A stretch of 64,000 bases of DNA from Gemmatimonadales bacterium. Its GTDB lineage: Bacteria; Gemmatimonadota; Gemmatimonadetes; Gemmatimonadales; GWC2-71-9. Shown one piece after another: positions 19,791 to 29,270 of the stretch. The translations under genes and the position numbers were made by a program. The notes under the pieces were generated by a model. The model was not told the DNA's origin, did not search any database, and saw only the letters and a program-made list of their open reading frames with translations. Numbering within the stretch: the first letter of the stretch is position 1; every line of letters starts with the position of its first letter. The stretch lies in the NCBI GenBank assembly GCA_035501775.1, contig DATJVM010000092.1:2480-66479 (forward strand), in the 5' to 3' direction.

Positions 19791-19963
19791 CTGTAGGTTC
19801 CTCTTGCTCGCATTCGACGCCGTGGCACCAGTGCCTCCGGCGGGCGGCGGGAAATGTAGGCGGGCCGCGCGCGCCTGTCAGCCAGCCCGAGCCGAATACG
19901 GGATGGCCGCCGTCGCCTCTTCTCGCGAGCGGGGTGCTCCGACCGGGGGCCCGCTCGGCGCAG

Positions 19964-19990
19964 CTAGCACTCGAGGTTGACAAGTGCCAG
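19964..19990 (+). promoter_or_regulatory. CIRCE-like inverted repeat 1 (putative HrcA operator) overlapping the -35 of groES
   Basis: CTAGCACTC-N9-AAGTGCCAG versus consensus TTAGCACTC-N9-GAGTGCTAA (14/18). Confidence 0.6.
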
Positions 19991-20004
19991 CGCGAGTTTA
20001 TTTT
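19977..20004 (+). promoter_or_regulatory. Putative sigma70-type groESL promoter
   Basis: TTGACA at 19977-19982. 16-nt spacer. TATTTT at 19999-20004. Confidence 0.45.
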
Positions 20005-20018
20005 CCGCTCCGACCTTT

Positions 20019-20045
20019 CTGGCAGTCCATGCTGCTGACTGCTAA
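20019..20045 (+). promoter_or_regulatory. CIRCE-like inverted repeat 2 in the groES 5' leader
   Basis: CTGGCAGTC-N9-GACTGCTAA (14/18 to consensus). The central C/G swap is compensated in both arms, so the palindrome is kept. Confidence 0.6.
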
Positions 20046-20091
20046 CCTGTTGTCGACATTAAACTTTGCTTAACACCCCTGGAGGACAACA

Positions 20092-20403
20092 ATGACCACC
20101 GCCAAGGCCAAGCCCAAGCTCAAGATCCAGCCGCTCGAGGACCGGGTCGTGATCTGGCCCGACGATGAAGCGGAGACGATGCGTGGCGGGCTCTACATCC
20201 CCGACACCGCGAAGGAGAAGCCCACCCAGGGGGAAGTGGTCGCCGTGGGCCCGGGCCGGGTGGAGAAGGGAACCCGTGTGCCGCTCGATGTGAAGGTTGG
20301 GGACAAGGTGCTGTACGGGAAGTACAGCGGGACCAACATCACGCTGGATGGTGAGGAGGTCGTGATCGTGAAGGCGTCCGACATCCTCGCCAAGCTGACC
20401 TAA
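20092..20403 (+). CDS. groES: Co-chaperonin GroES
   Basis: [53 protein letters not shown] upstream. Confidence 0.97.
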   Translation: MTTAKAKPKLKIQPLEDRVVIWPDDEAETMRGGLYIPDTAKEKPTQGEVVAVGPGRVEKGTRVPLDVKVGDKVLYGKYSGTNITLDGEEVVIVKASDILAKLT

Positions 20404-20410
20404 CAACCAG

Positions 20411-20466
20411 CGGCTAACGGCCAACGGCTGATGTCTGACGGCTGATGGCTGACAGCTGACCACTGA
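20411..20466 (+). repeat. Eight tandem copies of a 7-nt unit (consensus CGGCTGA) in the groES-groEL spacer
   Basis: CGGCTAA CGGCCAA CGGCTGA TGTCTGA CGGCTGA TGGCTGA CAGCTGA CCACTGA. The period of 7 puts TGA twice in each of the three forward frames. Confidence 0.9.
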
Positions 20467-22152
<1,686 letters not shown>

Positions 22153-22167
22153 TTCCGCCCTTGGTAA

Positions 22168-22210
22168 CCGCGCGCCCCGAGGCCTCCGGCTTCGGGGCGC
22201 GCGGCGTTTC
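22168..22210 (+). terminator. Rho-independent-type terminator after groEL
   Basis: 13-bp GC stem (CCGCGCGCCCCGA ... TCGGGGCGCGCGG) followed by CGTTTC. Confidence 0.65.
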
Positions 22211-22306
22211 TGGGCCATGCGCGTGCGGTTAGATTGGCGCAGTTCCTGCCCTCAGGCGCCGGAGAAGACGGGAAACGGTCCCGGACTGACCTCGCAAGGA
22301 GTCATT

Positions 22307-22693
22307 GTGCGGACATCTCTGATCCATCTGGGTCTCGCCTTGCAACTCTTCGTCGTCGCGCCGCTGCGCGCTCAGGCCGAGGCCCCGATCATTGGCACCT
22401 GGAAGGCCGAGCTCAAGGACCAGGACCGGAAGGACGCACCGCGTGAGGTGGTAGTCCGCGCCGACTCGAGTGCGAGCTGGGCCAAGGAGACCGCTCGCTG
22501 GCGGCTCAAGCCCGACAGCATCATGATCGCGCTGGGCGGGGAGTGGGTCACCTACCGTCTCGTGGTGAAGGGGAATCGCCTCACCCTCTCCGGCGGGGAT
22601 CTCGCCAAGCCCATCTCCCTGACGCGGATCGGCCCCGCAACGCCTCGCCCCGACAGCGTCGCCATCCCTCCCGATCCCGACCAGACGCAGTAG
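22307..22693 (+). CDS. Hypothetical secreted protein
   Basis: GTG at 22307 is preceded by AAGGAG. Signal peptide LIHLGLALQLFVVAPLRAQA. The track start at 22139 would overlap groEL and its terminator. Confidence 0.6.
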   Translation: MRTSLIHLGLALQLFVVAPLRAQAEAPIIGTWKAELKDQDRKDAPREVVVRADSSASWAKETARWRLKPDSIMIALGGEWVTYRLVVKGNRLTLSGGDLAKPISLTRIGPATPRPDSVAIPPDPDQTQ

Positions 22694-22699
22694 CCGTCC

Positions 22700-23470
22700 T
22701 CAGTCCAGCGCGATCGGCCTGAGCGGCTCATGCTGTCCCGCCACGTGCAGCACGACGCCGTGTGGCGCGAGGACGGGAAGGATCTCCTCGGTGGCCCGGC
22801 TGGCACTGTTGCAGCGCTCGCTCAGGTGAGCCAGCACCACGGCGCGCAGCGCCGGATGCGTCGCCTCTCGTAGCAGCTCGGCGGCGACCCGGTTCGAGAG
22901 ATGCCCGCCCGAGCCGGCGATCCGTTCCTGGACCGACGGCGGGTAGCCGCTGGTCCGGAGCAGAAGCTCGTCGTGGTTGGCCTCGAGGATGATCAGGTTT
23001 GCATCACGGAGAAGGAAGCGCACCCCCGCGGTGGGGCGACCGAGATCGTAGGCCACCGCGATCCAGTGTCCGGCGGGGGACAAGATCCGGAGCGCGATCG
23101 GTTCCGCGGCGTCGTGGCTGGTGGGGCAGGCCTGGATGCGGAAGCCACCGTGCGTCGTTTCGCCGAGAAGGACGAGCGGGGTGAAACGGGCCCGCGGCAT
23201 CCGTGGGCGCAGCCGGTCCCAGGTGCCGAGGCTGGCGAGGATCGGGATGCCCAGGGTGCGGGCGATCCGCTCGGCCCCGGTCGCGTGATCGGCATGCTCA
23301 TGGGTGAGAATGAGGCCAGTGAGACTGTCCATCGCGAGGCCGACCCGCTCGGCCCGCTTCACGATCTCGCGGGCGCTGAAGCCGGCATCGATCAGAACCG
23401 ATTGTCCGGCCGCCGAGAGCGCAAAGGCGTTGCCGGCCGAGCCGGACCCGAGAACGTAGAGCGTCGTCAC
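22700..23470 (-). CDS. MBL-fold metallo-hydrolase
   Basis: N-terminus TLYVLGSGSAGNAF. HxHxDH motif LTHEHADHATG. GTGA overlap with the upstream gene stop. The track ORF extends into that upstream gene. Confidence 0.8.
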   Translation of the reverse strand: MTTLYVLGSGSAGNAFALSAAGQSVLIDAGFSAREIVKRAERVGLAMDSLTGLILTHEHADHATGAERIARTLGIPILASLGTWDRLRPRMPRARFTPLVLLGETTHGGFRIQACPTSHDAAEPIALRILSPAGHWIAVAYDLGRPTAGVRFLLRDANLIILEANHDELLLRTSGYPPSVQERIAGSGGHLSNRVAAELLREATHPALRAVVLAHLSERCNSASRATEEILPVLAPHGVVLHVAGQHEPLRPIALD

Positions 23471-24651
23471 CCGGTGAGCCGCCGGTGCGTGGCGCGAAGC
23501 GATTCCCGGCGCTCGGGCGTAAAGGCGATGTCCCGCCGGGGCAGAACCCGCTCGGCCACCTTCAGGAAGCCTTCCTCCGTGACCCGGTCCGCGCCGTCGC
23601 TGCCCCACGCCATCGGAGGCACGTACCGCGGTGTGGCGGCCGGCCCGAACACGTTGGCGCCGGCGCCAATCACCGTCCCGGTCGCGAGCAGGGTGCCGAT
23701 CGCGGTCTTGGCGTGGTCGCCGATCAGGCTTCCCAGGAACTGCCGGCCGGTGGAAATCCGCTCGCCCGCGACTTCGAGCGATATCTGGCCGTAGGTGTTC
23801 TTGAGGTTGGAGGTCGTGGTCCCGGCGCCCAGGTTTACCCAACAGCCCACCACGCTGTGTCCGACGAAGCCGTCGTGACTCTTGTTGGCGTAGCCGAGGA
23901 AGGAGCAGTTGGAGATCTCGCCACGGACGTTGCAGCGTGGACCGACTACGGTGAACCGCACCTGGCCACCCAGCACGCGGGCGCGCTCACCGATGTATAG
24001 CGGTCCCTCCAGCCTGGCTCCATTTCGCACCTCGGCTCCTGCCTCGATCACGATTGCGCCCCCGCGGGTATCGAAGACCACCCCGGGCTCGATGGTGGCG
24101 CCCCGGCTGAAGATCAGCCCCGGGTCGCCCAGCACGATGCTGGCGGGTGGAACCGGATCGGATTGGCCGGCTCCGAAGGCGAGACAGTCCGTGACCAGAA
24201 ACCGATCCAGCGCAGCCACGAGGTCGTAGGTGCCTCGCAGGGCGAAGCCGTCGATTTCCTGGGCATCTCCCTCGTCCGTCGGGCCGCTCCACGCGGCCGG
24301 CGAATCGACCAGCCAGGCCACCGTTTCTCCGGCATTCGTAAGGCGCCGCGTGCCTGGCGCGAGCGTGACCGGCGTTCCCAGCGGGGCGAAGGTCGAACGA
24401 GCCAGGAGAACAGGTCCCGATGCCGGCAGCTGAGTGCCGGAGGGGGGCTCGTCACCCTCCACGAATCCGGGAGCGTGGTCCGAGAGGACCGCCGCGGTCT
24501 CGAGATCCAGTCCAGCTTCCCAGCGCTCGCGGATCCGCCAGACGCCGGCCCGAAGCTCCGACAGTGGCCGTACTCCCACGAAGGGCGCCCACCCGCTCCG
24601 GGAGGCCCGGGGCGGGGCGTCGAACATGACGAGTGCCGGTGCCTTGCCCAT
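23467..24651 (-). CDS. Hexapeptide-repeat (LbH) sugar-nucleotide transferase-like protein
   Basis: The C-terminal half has left-handed beta-helix hexapeptide periodicity (IEPGVVFDTRGGAIVIEAGAEVRNGARLEGPLYIGERARV...). The N-terminal half has no clear GxGxR motif. Confidence 0.65.
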   Translation of the reverse strand: MGKAPALVMFDAPPRASRSGWAPFVGVRPLSELRAGVWRIRERWEAGLDLETAAVLSDHAPGFVEGDEPPSGTQLPASGPVLLARSTFAPLGTPVTLAPGTRRLTNAGETVAWLVDSPAAWSGPTDEGDAQEIDGFALRGTYDLVAALDRFLVTDCLAFGAGQSDPVPPASIVLGDPGLIFSRGATIEPGVVFDTRGGAIVIEAGAEVRNGARLEGPLYIGERARVLGGQVRFTVVGPRCNVRGEISNCSFLGYANKSHDGFVGHSVVGCWVNLGAGTTTSNLKNTYGQISLEVAGERISTGRQFLGSLIGDHAKTAIGTLLATGTVIGAGANVFGPAATPRYVPPMAWGSDGADRVTEEGFLKVAERVLPRRDIAFTPERRESLRATHRRLTG

Positions 24652-24662
24652 GCGTCGTCCCC

Positions 24663-25691
24663 TCAGGGGAGGTCCCGAATCTCGGGGGGCAGGCGATCGA
24701 GGGTTGCCTTCAGGTCAAACGCTCGCTGCCGGGGCATCACCAGGATGCGGCCGTTGGCATGCACCACCACCAGGTCCTTGACGCCGCTCAGGATGATCGG
24801 GTCGCCGGCGGACCAGGCCACGCAGTCCTCCGCGTCGATGAGGAAAACCGGGCCGACAGCAATATTCCCGTGGCCGTCCCTCGGTCGCACTCGCGAGAGC
24901 GCGTCCCAGGTGCCCACGTCGTCCCAAGTGAAGCGGCCGGGTACCACGGCGACGGCCTCGCTCCGCTCGAGAACCCCCACATCGATCGAGACCGCCGTGA
25001 CGCCCTGGAAGAACCCGGCGATGTCTCCTGCCTCCAGCCGGGAGAGATGCGGGGCGATCTCGTGGCAGTGTCGCCGGATCTCCGTAAGCAGCACCTGGGC
25101 GGACCAGGCAAAGAGGCCGCTGTTCCAGAGGGCGCCCGAGGCCATGAGGTCCAGGGCCGTCGCCGCATCCGGCTTCTCGGTGAAGCGGGATACCGTTCGG
25201 CCCACCTCGTCCAGGGGCGGACCCGGCACGATGTATCCGTAACCGGTATCGGGGCGCGATGGGACGATGCCCACCGTGACGAGGCGCCTATGCCGATGGG
25301 CGGTGTTCAGTGCCTGGTCGGCGGTGTGGCGGAAGGCGCCGGCCTCCCGGATGGTCCAGTCGGCGTGCAGCGAGAGCACCTCCGCGTCCGGGTCCCGGCG
25401 CTGCGCCTCAAAGCTGGCCCAGACCAGTGCCGGCCCGGTCGAGGCCGGGCGCGGTTCGACCAGAATGTTCGACGGCGGGAGCGGTAACAGCGCCTGCAGC
25501 GCAGGCGCCACCGCGGGGCCGGTCACCACCAGCACTCGCTCGGAAGGGATCAGCCCTTCCAGCCGGGCCACCGCCTGTTCGACGGTCGACTCCGTACCAG
25601 CGAGGGGCAGGACCTGCTTGGGTCGGCTCGGCGTGCTGAGCGGCCAGAAACGGCTGCCCGAGCCACCGGCGAGAATCACCGCCCAGCGCAT
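24663..25691 (-). CDS. manC: Mannose-1-phosphate guanylyltransferase-like nucleotidyltransferase
   Basis: MRWAVILAGGSGSRFWPLSTPSRPKQ nucleotidyltransferase signature. ATG at 25691. The track start at 25904 lies inside the Roadblock gene region. Confidence 0.8.
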   Translation of the reverse strand: MRWAVILAGGSGSRFWPLSTPSRPKQVLPLAGTESTVEQAVARLEGLIPSERVLVVTGPAVAPALQALLPLPPSNILVEPRPASTGPALVWASFEAQRRDPDAEVLSLHADWTIREAGAFRHTADQALNTAHRHRRLVTVGIVPSRPDTGYGYIVPGPPLDEVGRTVSRFTEKPDAATALDLMASGALWNSGLFAWSAQVLLTEIRRHCHEIAPHLSRLEAGDIAGFFQGVTAVSIDVGVLERSEAVAVVPGRFTWDDVGTWDALSRVRPRDGHGNIAVGPVFLIDAEDCVAWSAGDPIILSGVKDLVVVHANGRILVMPRQRAFDLKATLDRLPPEIRDLP

Positions 25692-25707
25692 GAGGGCACA
25701 GGCGCGG

Positions 25708-26061
25708 TCAAAGCAGGGAGGCGAGGTCGGGGGCCTTGCGACGGAGATCGAAGAGGAGTGGGCCGATGTTGGTGCTGCGGGCGGCGAGGAGGAAGAGATG
25801 ACCTTCCGTGCCCAGCGCACGAACCACCGCCAGACGATCGCCAAACTCGAGCACGGTCGCGGTGCAGCGATCGCATTCGGCGGCTTGCCCGAGTCGGTCG
25901 GCACCGCTCGCGAAGGTAGCCGCGAGCGCCGCCACTGCCTCGGCGTCCAGGACGGAGCGGCCTGCGGAGTCGATCGGGAGGCCGTCGCTGCTCAGCACGA
26001 CGACGGCGTCCACATCGGGCCGGGCCGCGAGGCCCTGCACTACGTCGCGCAACCCTGCCAT
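25708..26061 (-). CDS. Roadblock/LC7 (MglB-like) domain protein
   Basis: 117 aa. LAARPDVDAVVVLSSDGLPIDSAG and later LAVVRALGTEGHLFLLA are typical of Roadblock/LC7. Confidence 0.75.
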   Translation of the reverse strand: MAGLRDVVQGLAARPDVDAVVVLSSDGLPIDSAGRSVLDAEAVAALAATFASGADRLGQAAECDRCTATVLEFGDRLAVVRALGTEGHLFLLAARSTNIGPLLFDLRRKAPDLASLL

Positions 26062-26140
26062 GGCTTGCTCCCGAGCTTGGGATGGTCCTGGCTGCCATTG
26101 TACCGGGTGGAGTAGTGCGAAGTCAAGGAATCACTGCGGG

Positions 26141-26169
26141 TTGACCCTGTTTTCCCTCGCGCCTAGGTT
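26141..26169 (+). promoter_or_regulatory. Putative promoter giving a leaderless or near-leaderless transcript
   Basis: TTGACC (26141-26146), 17-nt spacer, TAGGTT (26164-26169). The ATG at 26176 is 7 nt after the -10 box. There is no room for an RBS. Confidence 0.4.
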
Positions 26170-26175
26170 CCCCCC

Positions 26176-26775
26176 ATGTTCCGTCCCATTCGCGTCCTCG
26201 GCACGGCCGCTCTGGCTGCTGGCATCGCCAGCCTCGCCTGCAGCAGCTCCACCCTGGCGCCGGCCTCCTTCGACAATGTGGTCGATACCATCACGCTTTA
26301 CGCCCTGTCCACCGGGCCGCTGAACCAGCCGAACGCCTACTCGATCAACACCGGCATCGGCGGGGGCGTGGAGACCTGGAACGTAGGGTCGAACTTCGAG
26401 TTCGCGTTCGACCTCGATTCGGCGGGCCAGCCGGCCTTCCTGCCGCTCGAGGTCCTCAACCTTACGGTGCCGAACACGGTGCTGCCCGGTCTGATCAAGG
26501 CCACCAACACGACGTTTGACCTGATGACGACCCCGCCCTCGAATGGCTGGATCACCTCCGACACGATTCCCATTCAGGTCGGAGACCTGTACTACGTTCG
26601 GACCGCCGTCACCACATGCGCCACTTTGGGGGTCCCGCTCTACGGCAAGGTGGAAGTCCTGGCCTTGGACAGTGTGGTCCTGGGCGACACTGTCACCCAC
26701 ACCGTGAAGTTCCAGTCCCTCGCCAACCAGAACTGTGGGTACCGGAGCCTCAAGCCCGGCGTGCCGTCGAGTTGA
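26176..26775 (+). CDS. Hypothetical lipoprotein
   Basis: Lipobox LAAGIASLACSSS. Beta-rich mature part. Confidence 0.65.
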   Translation: MFRPIRVLGTAALAAGIASLACSSSTLAPASFDNVVDTITLYALSTGPLNQPNAYSINTGIGGGVETWNVGSNFEFAFDLDSAGQPAFLPLEVLNLTVPNTVLPGLIKATNTTFDLMTTPPSNGWITSDTIPIQVGDLYYVRTAVTTCATLGVPLYGKVEVLALDSVVLGDTVTHTVKFQSLANQNCGYRSLKPGVPSS

Positions 26776-26833
26776 GTGAAGCCTCCCCCCGGATCCGGGG
26801 GCCTCATCCCGCATTCCGCCCGGTTGAACGATC

Positions 26834-28117
26834 GTGATTGATCTTAAGGTGCTCCGCCAGGACTCGGCGCAGGTGCGCGCCGCGCTCGCCCGGCGCGGCG
26901 ATCCCGCCCTAGGCCCCCTGCTCGATCAGCTGGCCGACCTGGAGCGGGCCCGGCGCGAAGTGCTGAGCCGCACCGAGGCGCTGAAGGCCGAGCGCAATAC
27001 CGCCTCCGAGGAAGTGGCACGCCGGAAGAAGGCTCGGGAGCCCGCCGAGGACCTCCTGGAACGCCTCAAGGAGTCCGGCGAAGAGGTCAGGGCTCTGGAC
27101 GCGCGGGTCCGCCAGGTGGAGGCTGATCTCGATGCCCTGCTCCTCCAGGTGCCCAATCTCCTCCTTCCCGAGGTGCCCGACGGGGACGCATCCGCGAATC
27201 AGGTGGTCAAGGAGGTTGGACGGGCGCCGAGCCTGGCCTTCGAGCCGCGCCCGCACTGGGAACTGGGGCAGGCACTCGGCTTGTTCGATCTGCCGCGCGG
27301 GGCGAAGCTCACCGGCTCGGGGTTTCCCCTGTTTACCGGCATGGGCGCGCGCCTGGTGCGCGCTCTCAAGAATTTCATGCTGGACCTGCATACCACGGAA
27401 CACGGCTACCGCGAGGTCGCTCCGCCGCTGCTCGTCAATCGGGCCAGCATGACCGGCACCGGGCAGCTGCCCAAGTTCGAGGAGGAGCTCTACCGCGCGA
27501 CGACTGACGATCTCTTTCTTATTCCGACAGCCGAAGTGCCGGTGACCAACATCCATCGCGAGGAGATCCTGGACGCCGGCGCGTTGCCGCTCGGGCTGTG
27601 CGCATGCACCCCGTGCTTCCGGCGGGAGGCGGGCGCGGCGGGGAAAGACACGCGCGGCCTGATCCGGGTCCATCAGTTCGACAAGGTGGAACTGGTGTGG
27701 CTGTGTCGACCGGAGCAGAGCACCGAGCGCCACGAGGTCATGACGCGCCACGCGGAAACGGTGCTGGAGCGTCTCGAGCTCCCCTACCGGCGTGTCGCGC
27801 TGGCGGCGGGCGATACCGGCTTTGCCAGCGCGCGGACCTTCGACCTCGAAGTGTGGGCCGCGGGGGTCAAGGCCTGGCTCGAGGTCTCGAGCGCCAGCAC
27901 CTTCACGGACTTTCAGGCGCGCCGGGCCAACATCCGCTTCCGGCCGGAGCCCGGGGCCAAGCCGGAGTTCGTGCATACCCTGAACGCCTCCGGCGTGGCA
28001 TTTCCCCGCGTGATCATCGCGCTTCTCGAGAACAATCAGGAAGCGGACGGCTCGGTGCGCGTCCCCGCGATGCTCGCCCCCTACCTCGGCACCGACCGCC
28101 TGTTGCCACGTGCGTAG
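26834..28117 (+). CDS. serS: Seryl-tRNA synthetase
   Basis: N-terminal coiled-coil arm. Class II motifs (FRREAG, GSGFPLF, LNASGVAFPRVIIALLEN). Confidence 0.96.
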   Translation: MIDLKVLRQDSAQVRAALARRGDPALGPLLDQLADLERARREVLSRTEALKAERNTASEEVARRKKAREPAEDLLERLKESGEEVRALDARVRQVEADLDALLLQVPNLLLPEVPDGDASANQVVKEVGRAPSLAFEPRPHWELGQALGLFDLPRGAKLTGSGFPLFTGMGARLVRALKNFMLDLHTTEHGYREVAPPLLVNRASMTGTGQLPKFEEELYRATTDDLFLIPTAEVPVTNIHREEILDAGALPLGLCACTPCFRREAGAAGKDTRGLIRVHQFDKVELVWLCRPEQSTERHEVMTRHAETVLERLELPYRRVALAAGDTGFASARTFDLEVWAAGVKAWLEVSSASTFTDFQARRANIRFRPEPGAKPEFVHTLNASGVAFPRVIIALLENNQEADGSVRVPAMLAPYLGTDRLLPRA

Positions 28118-29270
28118 GCCCGACCTGCGCCGGCTTGCTCCGGCGCTGGTGATCCTGCTCGTCGCGCTCCTCGCCGGGCTGTCGGTCGGCTCGGCGTGGA
28201 TTGTCGTCAAGCACTTCCGGCGTGATGCCGGCTCGATGGGGCGGCTGTATTCCGGCGTCTTTGCGGGCCTCAACGATCCCCGGCCGGGGGCGGCGGTCGA
28301 CGCGCTGCTCCGCCTCGGCGAACAGGTGCGGCTGGGCGGGATCCCCCTCGTGGTCACGGACACCGCGGGTCGAGTCACGGCCGCCGCGAACCTCCCCTTC
28401 GACGCCGCGCTGGACGACCCGCGGGTCGCGGCCTACGCGCTCCGACTCGATCGCCAGAATCCACCCATCACGGAGCCGGCGCTGGGCGGTACCCTGCACT
28501 ATGGCGCCGTGCCTGCCCAGCGCCAGCTCACGGCGCTGGCGATTCTCCAGGGCCTCATTCTCATCACGATCGTTGGCGTGGGGTTCGTCGCGTACCGGAA
28601 TGCGATGGCCGCGCAGCGGGACCGGCTCTGGGTGGCGATGGCCCGGGAGGCCGCGCACCAGATGGGTACGCCGCTCATGAGCCTGCAAGGCTGGATCGAG
28701 CAGCTCCGCTCGCGCGCCGCTCCTCCCCCCGGCCTCTCGGAGCACCTGGCGGCCGACGCCGAGCGCCTGGAGCGCGTCGCGCAACGTTTCGAACGCATCG
28801 GCCACATGATCCAGCGGCAGCCGATCGCGCTCGGGGAGCTGGCACGGAAGGTGGCCGACTATTTTCGGCCTCGACTGCCGTCCCGCGTCAATCGGATCAC
28901 GATCCGAGTTGAGGCGCCCGCGAACGGGCCGGTCGTCCTCGGAGATTCGATTCTGCTGGAGTGGGCGCTCGAGTCCCTGGTCAAGAACGCCATCGACGCC
29001 TTGCAGGGTCGGGAAGGGACCATCACCCTCGCCGTCGGAGCCGACCCGGCGGCCGCGACCTTGCGCGTGAGCGATGACGGACCGGGCATTCCCCGGGAGA
29101 TTCGGCGGGCGATCTTCGAGCCTGGCATCACGACCAAGTCGAGTGGCTGGGGAGTCGGGCTCGCCCTGGCTCGCCGCGTCGTCGAGGACTCCCACGGCGG
29201 CGTCCTGGTGCTGGAGCACGGAGAGGTCGGTGCGAGCTTCCTGATTCGGATCCCGTCCCATGCCGGCTGA
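28110..29270 (+). CDS. Sensor histidine kinase (orphan)
   Basis: N-terminal TM. A second TM. H-box AAHQMGTPLMSLQGW. N-box KNAIDAL. G1 DDGPGIP. G2 GWGVGLALA. Confidence 0.85.
   Translation: MRRPDLRRLAPALVILLVALLAGLSVGSAWIVVKHFRRDAGSMGRLYSGVFAGLNDPRPGAAVDALLRLGEQVRLGGIPLVVTDTAGRVTAAANLPFDAALDDPRVAAYALRLDRQNPPITEPALGGTLHYGAVPAQRQLTALAILQGLILITIVGVGFVAYRNAMAAQRDRLWVAMAREAAHQMGTPLMSLQGWIEQLRSRAAPPPGLSEHLAADAERLERVAQRFERIGHMIQRQPIALGELARKVADYFRPRLPSRVNRITIRVEAPANGPVVLGDSILLEWALESLVKNAIDALQGREGTITLAVGADPAAATLRVSDDGPGIPREIRRAIFEPGITTKSSGWGVGLALARRVVEDSHGGVLVLEHGEVGASFLIRIPSHAG

Noticed and set aside
20411-20466. Heptamer array considered as a CRISPR array or mobile-element end
   Set aside because: The units are 7 nt, contiguous and spacerless. 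There are no flanking cas or transposase genes. It is a microsatellite-like tandem repeat, reported above as such.
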